A DNA stretch of 64,000 bases from the NCBI GenBank assembly GCA_963805625.1, contig CAWDVE010000010.1:736001-800000 (forward strand), in the 5' to 3' direction. The notes beneath the pieces are model-generated. The model did not search any database. It saw only the letters and a list, made by a program, of their open reading frames with translations, and was not told the DNA's origin. The position numbers and the translations under genes were made by a program. Positions 18,436 to 28,462 of the stretch are shown here, one piece after another. This DNA is from an uncultured Candidatus Rokubacteria bacterium. Lineage in GTDB: Bacteria; Methylomirabilota; Methylomirabilia; Rokubacteriales; DASRDR01. The stretch's first letter is position 1; each line of letters begins with the position of its first letter.

Positions 18436-20172
18436 TCACCGCCGGCGGGCTTTCGGCGGAGGCCGCTTGGCGAGGCGGAGATCGGCCAGCACCGCCCGGG
18501 CCGCCCGCACGCCCTCGGCGGCCGCCCCCTCCATGAACCCCTGGAACTCCGTCGACGTGTGCTCCCCTGCGAAGTGAACGTTGCGCTGCCGGACGGCCTC
18601 GTAGCCGCCGAACGCCTGATATTGCCCGACCCGGTAGTACGAGTACGACCCGTTCAGGTTGGGGTCGAGGAAGGGCACGGACAGGGTCGCCAGCCCATTC
18701 CACTCGGGTGTGACCCTGGGCCACACGGTCTCGAGGGTCGCCAGTGTCGATCGCGCCACGTCCGCCACGTGCGAGTGGGCGCCCGCATCCCCCCAGGGCA
18801 GCGGGGCCGCCAGGGCTCCGGACGCCTCGTCGAGCCCGTAGCAGACGAGGAGGCCGCTCCCGCCGGACTGACCGCGCGAGGACTCCCAGGTCACGAGGGG
18901 TCCGCGATCTGTGGCCACGACGCCGGTCCCCGGCGGCGCGGCGTCCGGCCTGCGCCAGGAGCGGCTGGCCAGCTGGAGGTGGAGCTTCGAGTTGCGCCCC
19001 ATGCCCAGTTCCTCGATGGCGCGCCGCTTCAGCGGGTCGAAGCCGGCCCGGGCGTAGTCGAGACCGCGGAGAACGGCGAATGGCAGCGCCAGGATCACAT
19101 GATCGGCCCGGACGCTCTTCGACCCCTCGGGTGTCTCGAAGTCCAGGGCAACGCGGCCATCGGCTTCGCGCCCGAGCGCCCGGAGTCGCGAGTGAAGCCG
19201 CACCGTATCCTTCGGGAGGGCTGCCGCGATGGCCCGAGGCAGCCGGTCGTTGCCGCCCGCGATTCGGAAGCGCTCGTCGGACATGCCGGTGAGGGACAGC
19301 CGTCCTCCGGGCGGCTGCTCCCCGAGGAGGTATACGAGATTGAGCGCCGACTGGTCGGTCGTCGGAGCGCCGTACTCGAGCGCGTAGGCCACGTCGAGAA
19401 GCCGGCCGAGCCGCGACGACGTACCGCCAGCGACGCGCGCCTCGATCCACTCCCGGATGCTCATGCGGTCGAGCGCCACCCCCGCCGGCGTTCGGGTCTT
19501 GTGAGTCGTCTCGTCGCCCGCCGCGGCGAGATCTCGCCGGAGGAGCGGATACATCGCCTGGAACTCACGATCGGCGTCGGCCACCGGGTAGAGACCACCC
19601 AGCACGTGGAACGCGTCCTCGGAGCCGGGCGCCTGGGCGGCGTGAAGATCAAGCGTCCCGAGACTGAAGCGCCGGGCGAGTCGAAGCATGGTCTGATGAT
19701 CGGTGTTGATGAGCTCCCCGCACCACTCGCTGACCTGGCCGTCCCGCCAGTAGCCTGTCGCGTTCGAGTGAACCCGGCCACCGACCTGTCCCGCGGCCTC
19801 GTAAACGGTGGCGGGGATGCCGGCGTCGTGAAGGGTCAGGGCAGCGCAGAGGCCGCCCAGCCCCGCCCCGACGATGGCCACCGTGGCCGGCGGCTTTCGC
19901 GGAGGCGCCTTCTTCGCCAGCGGAGGCGCCTGCGCGGCCTCGAGCCGATCGGCGCCGAGCGCCATCCAGGCCGCCACCGCGCCCCCGCTGAGGAGGAAGG
20001 CACGCCGCGAAACCGGGCACGAGCCGTCGCCCCGGACCGGCTCCGGACGCCGCCCTTCCCGCGCTCGGGCCCACTCGGCCCGGATCATGGCGGCCGGGAC
20101 GCCCCGCCGGTGAGCGACGAACTGGACGGCGGCAAGGGTCACGACCGCTTGTCCGAGTGGCGTCCTGGTCAT
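18436..20172 (-). CDS. Flavin monoamine oxidase family FAD-dependent oxidoreductase, Tat-like motif
   Basis: SRRAFL motif, IVGAGLGGL, EA-x-x-x-VGGR, HFAGEHT-x-x-x-x-QGFMEGA. Confidence 0.92.
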   Translation of the reverse strand: MTRTPLGQAVVTLAAVQFVAHRRGVPAAMIRAEWARAREGRRPEPVRGDGSCPVSRRAFLLSGGAVAAWMALGADRLEAAQAPPLAKKAPPRKPPATVAIVGAGLGGLCAALTLHDAGIPATVYEAAGQVGGRVHSNATGYWRDGQVSEWCGELINTDHQTMLRLARRFSLGTLDLHAAQAPGSEDAFHVLGGLYPVADADREFQAMYPLLRRDLAAAGDETTHKTRTPAGVALDRMSIREWIEARVAGGTSSRLGRLLDVAYALEYGAPTTDQSALNLVYLLGEQPPGGRLSLTGMSDERFRIAGGNDRLPRAIAAALPKDTVRLHSRLRALGREADGRVALDFETPEGSKSVRADHVILALPFAVLRGLDYARAGFDPLKRRAIEELGMGRNSKLHLQLASRSWRRPDAAPPGTGVVATDRGPLVTWESSRGQSGGSGLLVCYGLDEASGALAAPLPWGDAGAHSHVADVARSTLATLETVWPRVTPEWNGLATLSVPFLDPNLNGSYSYYRVGQYQAFGGYEAVRQRNVHFAGEHTSTEFQGFMEGAAAEGVRAARAVLADLRLAKRPPPKARRR

Positions 20173-20420
20173 GAACCGCTCCTCGTCGTTCGCCCGGCGG
20201 ATCAGTTCGCGGGACGAAGCTTTCGGCTTCCGCGGAAGATGGCTCCGCCGCTCGGCGGAATCGTAGCACAGGGAGTCTGCGCTCCCCACAGCACGCGCTT
20301 GATCTCGGCCAGGAGCCGGTCACCCTTCCCCGCGCCCTCATGGGGCGCGACCGCAACACGATCAGGCCATCCCCACGAGTTCCATGACAGAACCTCGCCA
20401 GGATTGCTATAGTGCGCGCC

Positions 20421-20984
20421 ATGCTGGAGCGTCTGCCGGGCTGGCTCAACTGGGCGCGAGACACGGAGCATGCGCGCCGCGTCGCCATCCTGGGGCGCAC
20501 CCCTGTCTTCGCGGGTCTCTCGCGCCGGCTGCTCGCGCGCCTCGCAGTGCAGCTCTTCGAGAAGGCCTACGCCCCCGGCGAGACCGTGTTCTCGGAGGGC
20601 GATCCCGGGAAGGGCCTGTTCATCGTCCTGGACGGCGAGATCGAGGTCGTCCGCGACACCGGCCAGGGCCCGCAACGGATCGTGACCTTCGGCCCCGGTA
20701 CCGCGTTCGGCGAGCTTGCCCTGATCGACGACCTCCCGCGCTCCGCCACCGCGCTCGCAACGTCGCCAACCCGCCTCCTGATCCTCTACCGGAGCCACTT
20801 CGAGGACTTGGTGGCCGGGGACCGCGTCATCGCGCTGATGGTCTCGAAGAACCTCCTGCGCCTCCTAGCCGGCTACGTGCGCGCCGCCAACGTGACGCGC
20901 GCCAAGGTCGAGGCGGCCGCCGGCCCAGCGGCCAGCGCCCCGGCGCCCGTCGCCGCCGGCAGCGCTCCGGCGGCGGTCCGGTGA
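20421..20984 (+). CDS. Cyclic nucleotide-binding domain protein
   Basis: FSEGDPGKGLFIVLDGEIEV...FGELALIDDLPRSATA. Confidence 0.92.
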   Translation: MLERLPGWLNWARDTEHARRVAILGRTPVFAGLSRRLLARLAVQLFEKAYAPGETVFSEGDPGKGLFIVLDGEIEVVRDTGQGPQRIVTFGPGTAFGELALIDDLPRSATALATSPTRLLILYRSHFEDLVAGDRVIALMVSKNLLRLLAGYVRAANVTRAKVEAAAGPAASAPAPVAAGSAPAAVR

Positions 20985-22141
20985 GCGAAGGCTCCGTCCC
21001 TCCCGAGTCCCCGCAAGCGCCGCCACCGCCGCCACCGGCTGTGCCGGCGGCGCCCCCGCGTGGCGCGTCGCCGCTCGCGTGGCTCGCGGTCATTACGGCC
21101 GCCGTCGGCCTCGGCTTCCTACTCCGGGGCCTCGTGATCCCGATCGCGCTAGCCGCCCTCCTCGCGTATTTCCTGAATCCCCTCGCCGCGCGGATCCAGG
21201 GCTTCGGGATCCGCCGGACCGTGGCCGTGACCACGCTCTTCGCGGGCTTCGGCCTGCTCGGGGTCCTCCTCGCCACCGTGGTGGCCCCGCGCTTCCGCGC
21301 GGAGGGCGCGGCGTTGATGTCGAACCTCCCCTCGCTCGCCCGGACACTCGAGGTGGGGATCGACGGGCTCCAGGTGGAGCTCGCCCGGACCTACCCCCAG
21401 ACGCAGCGCTTTCTCCCGAAGGAGCCGCGACACGAGGGCTGGCTATTCGAGATGATCGAGGAACGCATGGGCAACGCCTCCGAGCTCCTGGCCCATGTCG
21501 GGCTGATCGCCTTCATCGTCGCGCTCACGCCCATCTTCGCGTTCTTCTTTCTCCGCGACGGGGGAGCCATCGTCGCGTACCTCATCGACCGCCTGCGACC
21601 CGTCCACATCGAGACGACCGTCGCTGTCTGGTGCGAGATCGACCGGATCATCGGTCGCTACCTCCGCGGCCTCGCCCTCGACGCGCTCGTGATCGGCGCC
21701 TTGACCACGGTGGGCCTCTGGCTCGTGGGCGCGCCGTACCCGTGGCTACTCGGCGCGTTCACGACCCTCGTGAACCCGCTGCCCTACCTCGGGACCGTCC
21801 TGAGCGTGGGCATGGCCGCGATCGTGTCGATCGCCAACGGGCAGCCGTTCCGCCAGATCGGCTGGATCGTCGCGGTCTACGTGATCATCCGGATCCTCGA
21901 CGACCTCGTCGTGGCGGCGGTCACGATCGGCGGCAGCGTCCACATGCACCCCATGCTGGTCATGGTATCGATCCTGGTCGGGGAGCAGACGCTCGGGCTC
22001 CTCGGCATGGTGGCTGCCGTACCCCTGGTGACCGTGGTCAAGGAGAGCGCGCGCCTCCTCCTCGAGCACCGCCGGAATCTCGCGCGGCCCCACGTGCCGA
22101 CGGGCGGACGGGCGGGACGCATCCCCCAGTATGTCTGCTGA
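20981..22141 (+). CDS. AI-2E family transporter
   Basis: GTGA overlap; LAYFLNP, FFFLRDG, RYLRG, PYLG, MHPM, GLLGMVAAVP. Confidence 0.9.
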   Translation: MSEGSVPPESPQAPPPPPPAVPAAPPRGASPLAWLAVITAAVGLGFLLRGLVIPIALAALLAYFLNPLAARIQGFGIRRTVAVTTLFAGFGLLGVLLATVVAPRFRAEGAALMSNLPSLARTLEVGIDGLQVELARTYPQTQRFLPKEPRHEGWLFEMIEERMGNASELLAHVGLIAFIVALTPIFAFFFLRDGGAIVAYLIDRLRPVHIETTVAVWCEIDRIIGRYLRGLALDALVIGALTTVGLWLVGAPYPWLLGAFTTLVNPLPYLGTVLSVGMAAIVSIANGQPFRQIGWIVAVYVIIRILDDLVVAAVTIGGSVHMHPMLVMVSILVGEQTLGLLGMVAAVPLVTVVKESARLLLEHRRNLARPHVPTGGRAGRIPQYVC

Positions 22142-23327
22142 CCTCACGCTCCCCGCCCGGCTGCTCATGGGCTCGGGACCGACGAACCCCGACCCCCGGG
22201 TCCTCCGCGCGATGGCAACTGGGCTCGTCGGGCAGTTCGACCCGGCGTTCACTGCCCTCATGACGGAAACGCAGGATCGACTCCGGCAAGTCTTCCGGAC
22301 GCGGAATCGCTCGACGTTCCCGGTCCCCGGAACCAGCCGCGCCGGCATGGAGGCGGCGGTCGTGAGTCTCGTCGAGCCGGGAGAGCGAGTCGTCGTCGTC
22401 GAGAATGGCCGTTTCGGGCTCCTCTTCGAGGAGATCGCCCGCCGCGCGGGCGCTGACGTCACGGTGGTGCGGGCGCCCTGGGGCGAGCCCGTGGACCCGG
22501 ACGACGTAAGGCGAAGCCTCGACACCACGCCGGCGGCGGCCGTGCTCGTCGTCCACGCCGAGACCTCGACCGGCATCATGAATCCCGTGCGGGAGGTGGC
22601 GGCTGCGGCCCGCCGGCAGGGAGCGGTCGTGATCGTGGACGCGGTGTGCTCCTTCGCGGGAGCGCCGCTCGAGACGGACGCCTGGGAGCTCGACGTCGTG
22701 GTGGCCGGCACCCAGAAGTGCCTGGGCTGCCCGTCAGGCCTCGGCCCCGTCACCTACTCGGATGCGGTCGCCGCCCGGATGGCGCGGCGCCGGAGCCCCA
22801 TCCGCTCGAATTACCTCGACCTCACTCAGATCGACCGATACTGGAGCCCCGAGCGCCTGAATCACCACACGGCGCCGACCACGATGGTCTACGGGCTCCG
22901 GGAAGCGCTCGGGATCGTGCTGGAGGAGGGCGTCGACGCTCGCATCGCGCGGCACCGGGGCGCGGGCGCGGCGATGGCGGCGGGGCTGGCGGCCCTCGGT
23001 CTCGAGCTCTACGGCCAGCCGTCAGGCCCGGGCAAGATGCCGATGCTGGCTCCCGTCCGCGTGCCGGATGACGTCGACGACGCGGCGTTCCGCTCCCGGC
23101 TGCTCGAAACGTACGGGGTCGAGATCATGGGCGCGTTCGGCTCCCTCGCCGGCCGGATCTGGCGGATCGGCACGATGGCCGGGAACGCCCGGCCCGCGGC
23201 GGTCTCGCGGACCCTGGGCGCCCTCGCGGACCTCCTCGGGCCGCGTGCACGCGGGGCGCTCCGCGACGCGCTCGCGGCAGCGGACCAGCACTTCGCCGCG
23301 CTGGCCCGCGCCGCGGCCCCCGCCTGA
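22131..23327 (+). CDS. Class V aminotransferase (alanine-glyoxylate/PucG-like)
   Basis: LLMGSGP, GTSRAGMEA, VHAETSTG, DAVCS, GTQKCL (PLP Lys), NHHTAPT. Confidence 0.93.
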   Translation: MSADLTLPARLLMGSGPTNPDPRVLRAMATGLVGQFDPAFTALMTETQDRLRQVFRTRNRSTFPVPGTSRAGMEAAVVSLVEPGERVVVVENGRFGLLFEEIARRAGADVTVVRAPWGEPVDPDDVRRSLDTTPAAAVLVVHAETSTGIMNPVREVAAAARRQGAVVIVDAVCSFAGAPLETDAWELDVVVAGTQKCLGCPSGLGPVTYSDAVAARMARRRSPIRSNYLDLTQIDRYWSPERLNHHTAPTTMVYGLREALGIVLEEGVDARIARHRGAGAAMAAGLAALGLELYGQPSGPGKMPMLAPVRVPDDVDDAAFRSRLLETYGVEIMGAFGSLAGRIWRIGTMAGNARPAAVSRTLGALADLLGPRARGALRDALAAADQHFAALARAAAPA

Positions 23328-23415
23328 CCCGGGGCATCTCCACCGCAACGAGCGCGCCCGCCCGCGGCGCGCTGAACACCACGGCCAGCGCGGTGTACCG
23401 CACGGGCTGATGGGG

Positions 23416-24303
23416 TCAGGATTCGCCGCGGAGCGTCGGATCGAGAAAGTCGCGTAGCCAGTCCCCGGTCCGGCTGACCACGAGCGAGGTCAGCATCAGC
23501 AGCACACCGGGGCACACCGAGATCCACCAGGCCGAGTCGAGGTATTCGCGACCCTCGTGAATCATCCCGCCCCAGGACGGCGTCGGAGGCTGGATCCCCA
23601 GTCCGAGGAAGGAGAGGGTCGCCTCCAGCACGATCGCCCGCGCCAGCTCGAGCGTTGCGATCACCATGAACGTCGACGTCACGTTGGGCAGCACGTGGCG
23701 GACGAGCACGCGAGGCACCGATCCGCCGAGGGCGAGGATCGCACTCACGAAGTCGCGCTGGCGGAGCGACAGGACCTGCGAGCGGAGCACCCGGGCGTAC
23801 GTCACCCAGCCCGAGAGCCCGACGACGATGATCAGGTTGGGAAACGACGGGCCCAGCACCGCGATGATCCCGATGGCGAGCAGGATGAACGGAAACGCGA
23901 GCTGGGCGTCCGCCACCGTCATCACGACCTCGTCCACCCACCCGCCGCGGAAGCCTGCGACGAGCCCGAGCAAGCCCCCCACGGCACCCCCGACCGCCAC
24001 CGCGGCGAAGCCGATGGTCAACGATACCCGCGTCCCGAACACCATGCGGGAGAGCACGTCGCGGCCGAGCTGGTCGGTGCCGAGAAGATACGCCTTGCCA
24101 TCGGAGGCCTCGAGGGTCGGCCCCTTGAGCCGCGCACGGAGTGAGCCGCGCTCCGGATTGTGCGGCGCGAGCAGTGGCGCTGCAAGCGCCACTGCCACGA
24201 GCAGCGCGACGAACACGCCCGAGGCGTAGAGCGGCCATGGAACGCGCGCCCGTCGCGCGGCGGGAGGTGCCGGCAGCGCCAGGGCCAGGGTGTCGGACGA
24301 CAC
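23416..24303 (-). CDS. Peptide/nickel ABC transporter permease (DppC-like)
   Basis: LLGTDQLGRDVLSR, HVLPN, LSFLGLGIQPPTPSWG; AAGGAGG RBS before GTG 24303. Confidence 0.93.
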   Translation of the reverse strand: MSSDTLALALPAPPAARRARVPWPLYASGVFVALLVAVALAAPLLAPHNPERGSLRARLKGPTLEASDGKAYLLGTDQLGRDVLSRMVFGTRVSLTIGFAAVAVGGAVGGLLGLVAGFRGGWVDEVVMTVADAQLAFPFILLAIGIIAVLGPSFPNLIIVVGLSGWVTYARVLRSQVLSLRQRDFVSAILALGGSVPRVLVRHVLPNVTSTFMVIATLELARAIVLEATLSFLGLGIQPPTPSWGGMIHEGREYLDSAWWISVCPGVLLMLTSLVVSRTGDWLRDFLDPTLRGES

Positions 24304-24317
24304 GGTCCCCGCCTCCT

Positions 24318-25241
24318 TCACGCCCGCGCCCGCGGGTCGAGGATCCCGTAGAGGACGTCCAGCACGAGGTTGATCGCGATGAAGAGCACCGCTGCGATGA
24401 AGACGGTCGACTGCACCACCGGATAGTCGCGGTTGTAGATGGACTGGATCGCGAGGCGCCCGATGCCGGGCCAGGCGAACACCGTCTCTGTCACGACCGC
24501 GCCGCCGAGCAGCGTGCCGAACTGGAGGCCCGTGATGGTGAGGATCGGCAGCGCGGCGTTCCGCAGGGTGTGCTTCGTCACGACCCAGAGCTCCGACACG
24601 CCCTTGGCCCGGGCCGTCCGGACGAAGTCCGCGCGGAGGACCTCGAGCACCGCCGATCGGGTGATCCGCGCGATCGAGGCCATCGTGAAGGCGCCGAGCG
24701 TGAGCGCGGGGAGCACGAGGTTCCGCCAGTCCCCTCGCCCGGAGGTCGGGAACAGGTCGAGCCGGAGCGACAGCACCAGGATGAAGAGGATGCCGATGAA
24801 GAAGGTCGGCGCCGACTGTCCGACGAGGGCCAGACCCATCGCGGCATGGTCGAGGAGAGAGTTCCGCCGCACCGCCGACAGGACGCCGACCGGAAACGCG
24901 ACCAGCACCGCCACCACAAACGCGACGAGTCCCAGCTCGAACGTCGCCCGCAGGTAGGACCGTGCCACGTCCATCGCAGGCTGCCGGAAGTGGATCGAAC
25001 GCCCGAAGTCGCCCCGGAGCACGTTCGCAAGAAAGACCCCGTACTGGACCGGCAGGGACCGGTCCAGGCCAAGGTCGTGCCGCACGCGTTCCATCTCGGC
25101 GATCGGAGCATCGGGCGGCAGCAGGAGGGGCACCGGGTCGCCCGACAGGCGCATCACGACGAAGACGACCGTCGAGACGAGCCACAGCGCGACGAGGGTC
25201 CTGAAGAACCGGTAGGCGAGGAAGCCGCCGAAGCCGCGCAT
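24318..25241 (-). CDS. Peptide/nickel ABC transporter permease (DppB-like)
   Basis: GDFGRS, LPALTLG, DFVRTARAKG, ETVFAWPGIG, RDYPVVQ. Confidence 0.95.
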   Translation of the reverse strand: MRGFGGFLAYRFFRTLVALWLVSTVVFVVMRLSGDPVPLLLPPDAPIAEMERVRHDLGLDRSLPVQYGVFLANVLRGDFGRSIHFRQPAMDVARSYLRATFELGLVAFVVAVLVAFPVGVLSAVRRNSLLDHAAMGLALVGQSAPTFFIGILFILVLSLRLDLFPTSGRGDWRNLVLPALTLGAFTMASIARITRSAVLEVLRADFVRTARAKGVSELWVVTKHTLRNAALPILTITGLQFGTLLGGAVVTETVFAWPGIGRLAIQSIYNRDYPVVQSTVFIAAVLFIAINLVLDVLYGILDPRARA

Positions 25242-25252
25242 GGGCGGGAGCG

Positions 25253-25284
25253 GCCGGTCCCGGAGCGGACGCCCCGGGACCGGC
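25253..25284. terminator. Intergenic hairpin between binding-protein and permease genes
   Basis: GCCGGTCCCGG-N10-CCGGGACCGGC. Confidence 0.45.
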
Positions 25285-25301
25285 GAGCTACCGTCGCGGC
25301 G

Positions 25302-26930
25302 CTAGGCGCGCCGCAGCTTCATGTTGAAGCGCCGGACCTCGAACTGCTGATTCGGGTTCGGCGTGAAGTCCAAGTGCTTCTGCAGCCCGTAGTCCTCGTA
25401 GGGCTGCATGATGATGACCCAGCCAAACGCCTTGTCCAGCATGATCTTCGTCATCTTGCGATAGGCCTCGGCCCGGAACTTCTCGTCGAGCGAGAAGCGC
25501 GCGGCGTTGCCGAGCTCGTCCCACTCGGCGTCCCGGAAGTAGTCTTGGGGGCCGTTCGGCGCGAGCAGGCGCCACATCATCCCGTCAGGATCGCGGAGCG
25601 TGGAGGTGGGATCCGTCCACCAGAGACCCTTGAAGGTCCTGTTGCGGTTCTTCTCGGCGCGCACAGAGTACTCGACCACCTCGACGGCGGCGTTCAGACC
25701 CACGTCCTTCCACATGCTCGCGACCGCCTCGGACATCGCCTTGTCCTGGGCGACGTAGCCGATCGTCGTCTCGATGATGATCGGCTCGTTCTTGTACCCC
25801 GACTTCTTCACGAGCTCTCGCGCCTCCTTCGGGTCGAAGCGGAGGGGTGGGAGGGACGAATCGTAGTGCCGGTCGCCCTGCGCGATCGGCCCGTTGGGGA
25901 CGATCGCCCGACCCCGGTACATCTCCTTCACGATGGACTCGCGGTCCACGGCGAGCGCCATCGCCCGGCGGACGAGCTCGTTGTTCAGCGGCGGGTTCTT
26001 GGCGTTGATCCCGAGGCAGTACAGACCCGCGTAGAGGGCGCCGACGCCGCGCGTCGTCGCGTTCTGGTTCACGCGATCCCAGTGGTCCGACGGGAGCTGC
26101 GTGATCGCGTCGACCTCGCCCTTGAGCAGCGCGGCCACGCGAGGCGCCGTCTCCGGAATCGGACGGAACACGACCTGGTCGACCTCGATCTTCCCGCCCC
26201 AGTAGTCCGCGTAAGCCTCGAAGACGGCCTTGTCGTCCTTGACCCAGGACGAGAGCCGCATCGGCCCCGTCCCCACGGGCTTGGCATTGAACGTGTCCGG
26301 CCCGACGTTCTCCAGGTACTTCTTCGGAACGATCTGTCCGCCGTAGAACGCGAGCCGGTCCGGGAGCAGCGGATCCGACTTCTTCGTGTGGACCACGAGC
26401 GTGTACGGGTCCGGAGCCTCGATCCGGTCGATCGTCGTGAAGACGGTCGCCACCATCGTCTTGGCCGCCGGATCGAACGTCCGCTCCAGGCTGAACTTGG
26501 CGTCCGCCGACGTGAAGGGGTCGCCGTTGTGCCACTTCACCCCCTGGCGGAGCTTGAACGTCCATGTCGTGGACGTGGTCGCCTTCCACTCGGTGGCGAG
26601 CCCCGGATACACCTTCTGGTCAGGATGCCGGCTGGTCAGGTTGTCGAAGACGTTGAAGGAGACCCGGATGTCGTTCGAGGACGTCGAGAAGTGCGGATCG
26701 AACTTCGAGACGTCACCGCTCTGCGCGACCACCAGGTCGCGCTTCTGCGTCATCTGCGCTCGCGCCCGCGCCGGAGCCGCCGCGTCGGCCAGCGTGCCCG
26801 CCCCGGCCGCGGTCAGCCCGAGCAGCCCTGCGCGGCGCAGGAAGTCGCGCCGCGACACGGCACCTCTCTCGAACGCGTTCACGAGCGCCTCGACCGTCGG
26901 AGTTTCCGCGTTCCGCCTCTCATGCTCCAT
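25302..26930 (-). CDS. Peptide ABC transporter substrate-binding protein (family 5), Tat signal
   Basis: SRRDFL twin-arginine motif, WTFKLRQGVKWHNGDPFTSAD, PVGTGP. Confidence 0.95.
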   Translation of the reverse strand: MEHERRNAETPTVEALVNAFERGAVSRRDFLRRAGLLGLTAAGAGTLADAAAPARARAQMTQKRDLVVAQSGDVSKFDPHFSTSSNDIRVSFNVFDNLTSRHPDQKVYPGLATEWKATTSTTWTFKLRQGVKWHNGDPFTSADAKFSLERTFDPAAKTMVATVFTTIDRIEAPDPYTLVVHTKKSDPLLPDRLAFYGGQIVPKKYLENVGPDTFNAKPVGTGPMRLSSWVKDDKAVFEAYADYWGGKIEVDQVVFRPIPETAPRVAALLKGEVDAITQLPSDHWDRVNQNATTRGVGALYAGLYCLGINAKNPPLNNELVRRAMALAVDRESIVKEMYRGRAIVPNGPIAQGDRHYDSSLPPLRFDPKEARELVKKSGYKNEPIIIETTIGYVAQDKAMSEAVASMWKDVGLNAAVEVVEYSVRAEKNRNRTFKGLWWTDPTSTLRDPDGMMWRLLAPNGPQDYFRDAEWDELGNAARFSLDEKFRAEAYRKMTKIMLDKAFGWVIIMQPYEDYGLQKHLDFTPNPNQQFEVRRFNMKLRRA

Positions 26931-27063
26931 CGTCAGCCTCCTCGCCTGCGGGTTGACACACCGATGCCGTCTGGATCGCGCCGTTGCGGGGTACGCCAAA
27001 GGTAGAGAATGGCCGAACCCTTGTCAAGCCGAGGAGCCGCATGGTAGGGTCGCCGCGGGCCTG

Positions 27064-27576
27064 ATGGCGCTCACCCCGGCCGAGTTCCGCACCGCGCTCC
27101 GCTCCTTCGCGACCGGCGTCACCGTCGTGACGACTCGCGATCGGGAGGGACACCCCTCGGGCCTAACCGCCAGCGCCTTCACGTCCGTCTCGCTGGATCC
27201 GCCGCTCGTCCTCATCTGCGTCGATCACGCGGCCACGGCCCACCCCGATCTCCGCGAGCGGGGCTGGTTCGCCGTCAACATCCTGCGCCGCGAGCAGGAG
27301 ACGTTGTCGCGCCGGTTCGCGGTGTCGGGCGGTGATAAGTTCCGCGGCGTGGCGTGCCACGACGGCCGGGCGGGCCTACCGCTCCTCGATGGCGCCCTGA
27401 CGACCCTCGAGTGCCGGATCGTCGAGGCGCACGAGGCGGGGGACCACACGATCTTCATCGCGCAGGTGGAGGCCGCCTCCGTCACGGGGGGGAGGCCGCT
27501 CGTGTACTTCCACGGCAGTTACCACGGCCTCACGGCGGGCGGTGAAGCCCCGGCTGGCGGTGGGGGCCAGCCCTGA
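27064..27576 (+). CDS. Flavin reductase family protein
   Basis: FRTALRSFATGVTVVT, SVSLDPPLVL, GDHTIF. Confidence 0.95.
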   Translation: MALTPAEFRTALRSFATGVTVVTTRDREGHPSGLTASAFTSVSLDPPLVLICVDHAATAHPDLRERGWFAVNILRREQETLSRRFAVSGGDKFRGVACHDGRAGLPLLDGALTTLECRIVEAHEAGDHTIFIAQVEAASVTGGRPLVYFHGSYHGLTAGGEAPAGGGGQP

Positions 27577-27719
27577 CGACGGGTCGGACCGGCGCGACGC
27601 GTCAACCCGGCCAGCAGGCACTCTCACCTGGAAGGTGTCGGCTCGCCGCTGTCGGGAAGCGTCGCGCTGCGCCCGCCGTCGATGCGCCGTATCACGGTCA
27701 AGAACCGAGGGGGGGTGTC

Positions 27720-28364
27720 ATGCCACAGCATCCCGCGCCTCTCCGCCTCGAGCCGCGCGATCTCGACGATCGGCTGTCGGCCGGCGCCGTCCTCGTCGAT
27801 ACCCGTGATCCGCGAGTGTTCGGCGCCGGACACGTCGCCGGCAGCCTGAACGTCTGGATCGACGGACCCCAGTTCGCGGAGCGAGTCGCCTGGTTCGTTC
27901 GGCCACGTGCCTCGCTCGCCCTCCTCGTGGAGACCGAGGCCGACGTTGCCCGTGTGGTCCCTCCCCTCGTTCGGGTCGGGCTGGACGACATAGCTGGGTA
28001 CGTCGTCGGCACCGCCGCGGTGCGCGCCTGCGGGCTGCCGGTCGCGACTCTGGCCAATATCACCGTCCAGGAGCTGGCCCATCGCGTCGCTCACGAGCCC
28101 GATCTCGTCGTCCTCGACGTGCGGGAGCCAGCCGAGTGGATGGACGGGCACATGCCGGGCGCGCGTCATATCCCGATGCGACAGGTTGGGGAGCGGATCG
28201 CCGAGATCCCGCGGGATCGCCGGGTCGCCCTCACCTGCGCCGGCGGCACCCGCTCGAGCCTCGTCGCGAGCCTGCTCCTCGCGCGCGGCTTCACGGATCT
28301 CGTCAAAGTCTGGGGCGGGATGAACGGGTGGGCGCAGGCAGGGCTGCCGATCGCCCGCGACTGA
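27720..28364 (+). CDS. Tandem rhodanese-domain protein
   Basis: VDTR...GHVAGS and LDVRE...GHMPGA...CAGGTRS. Confidence 0.9.
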   Translation: MPQHPAPLRLEPRDLDDRLSAGAVLVDTRDPRVFGAGHVAGSLNVWIDGPQFAERVAWFVRPRASLALLVETEADVARVVPPLVRVGLDDIAGYVVGTAAVRACGLPVATLANITVQELAHRVAHEPDLVVLDVREPAEWMDGHMPGARHIPMRQVGERIAEIPRDRRVALTCAGGTRSSLVASLLLARGFTDLVKVWGGMNGWAQAGLPIARD

Positions 28365-28462
28365 GGAACCGCGTGAGCCGAAGCGCACGCGTCGGCCCAT
28401 GAGCCAATCCGAGTGACACGCGCCGGGCTCCGCGGCCCGGGCAGGGGGCCGGCGAGCTTCCC

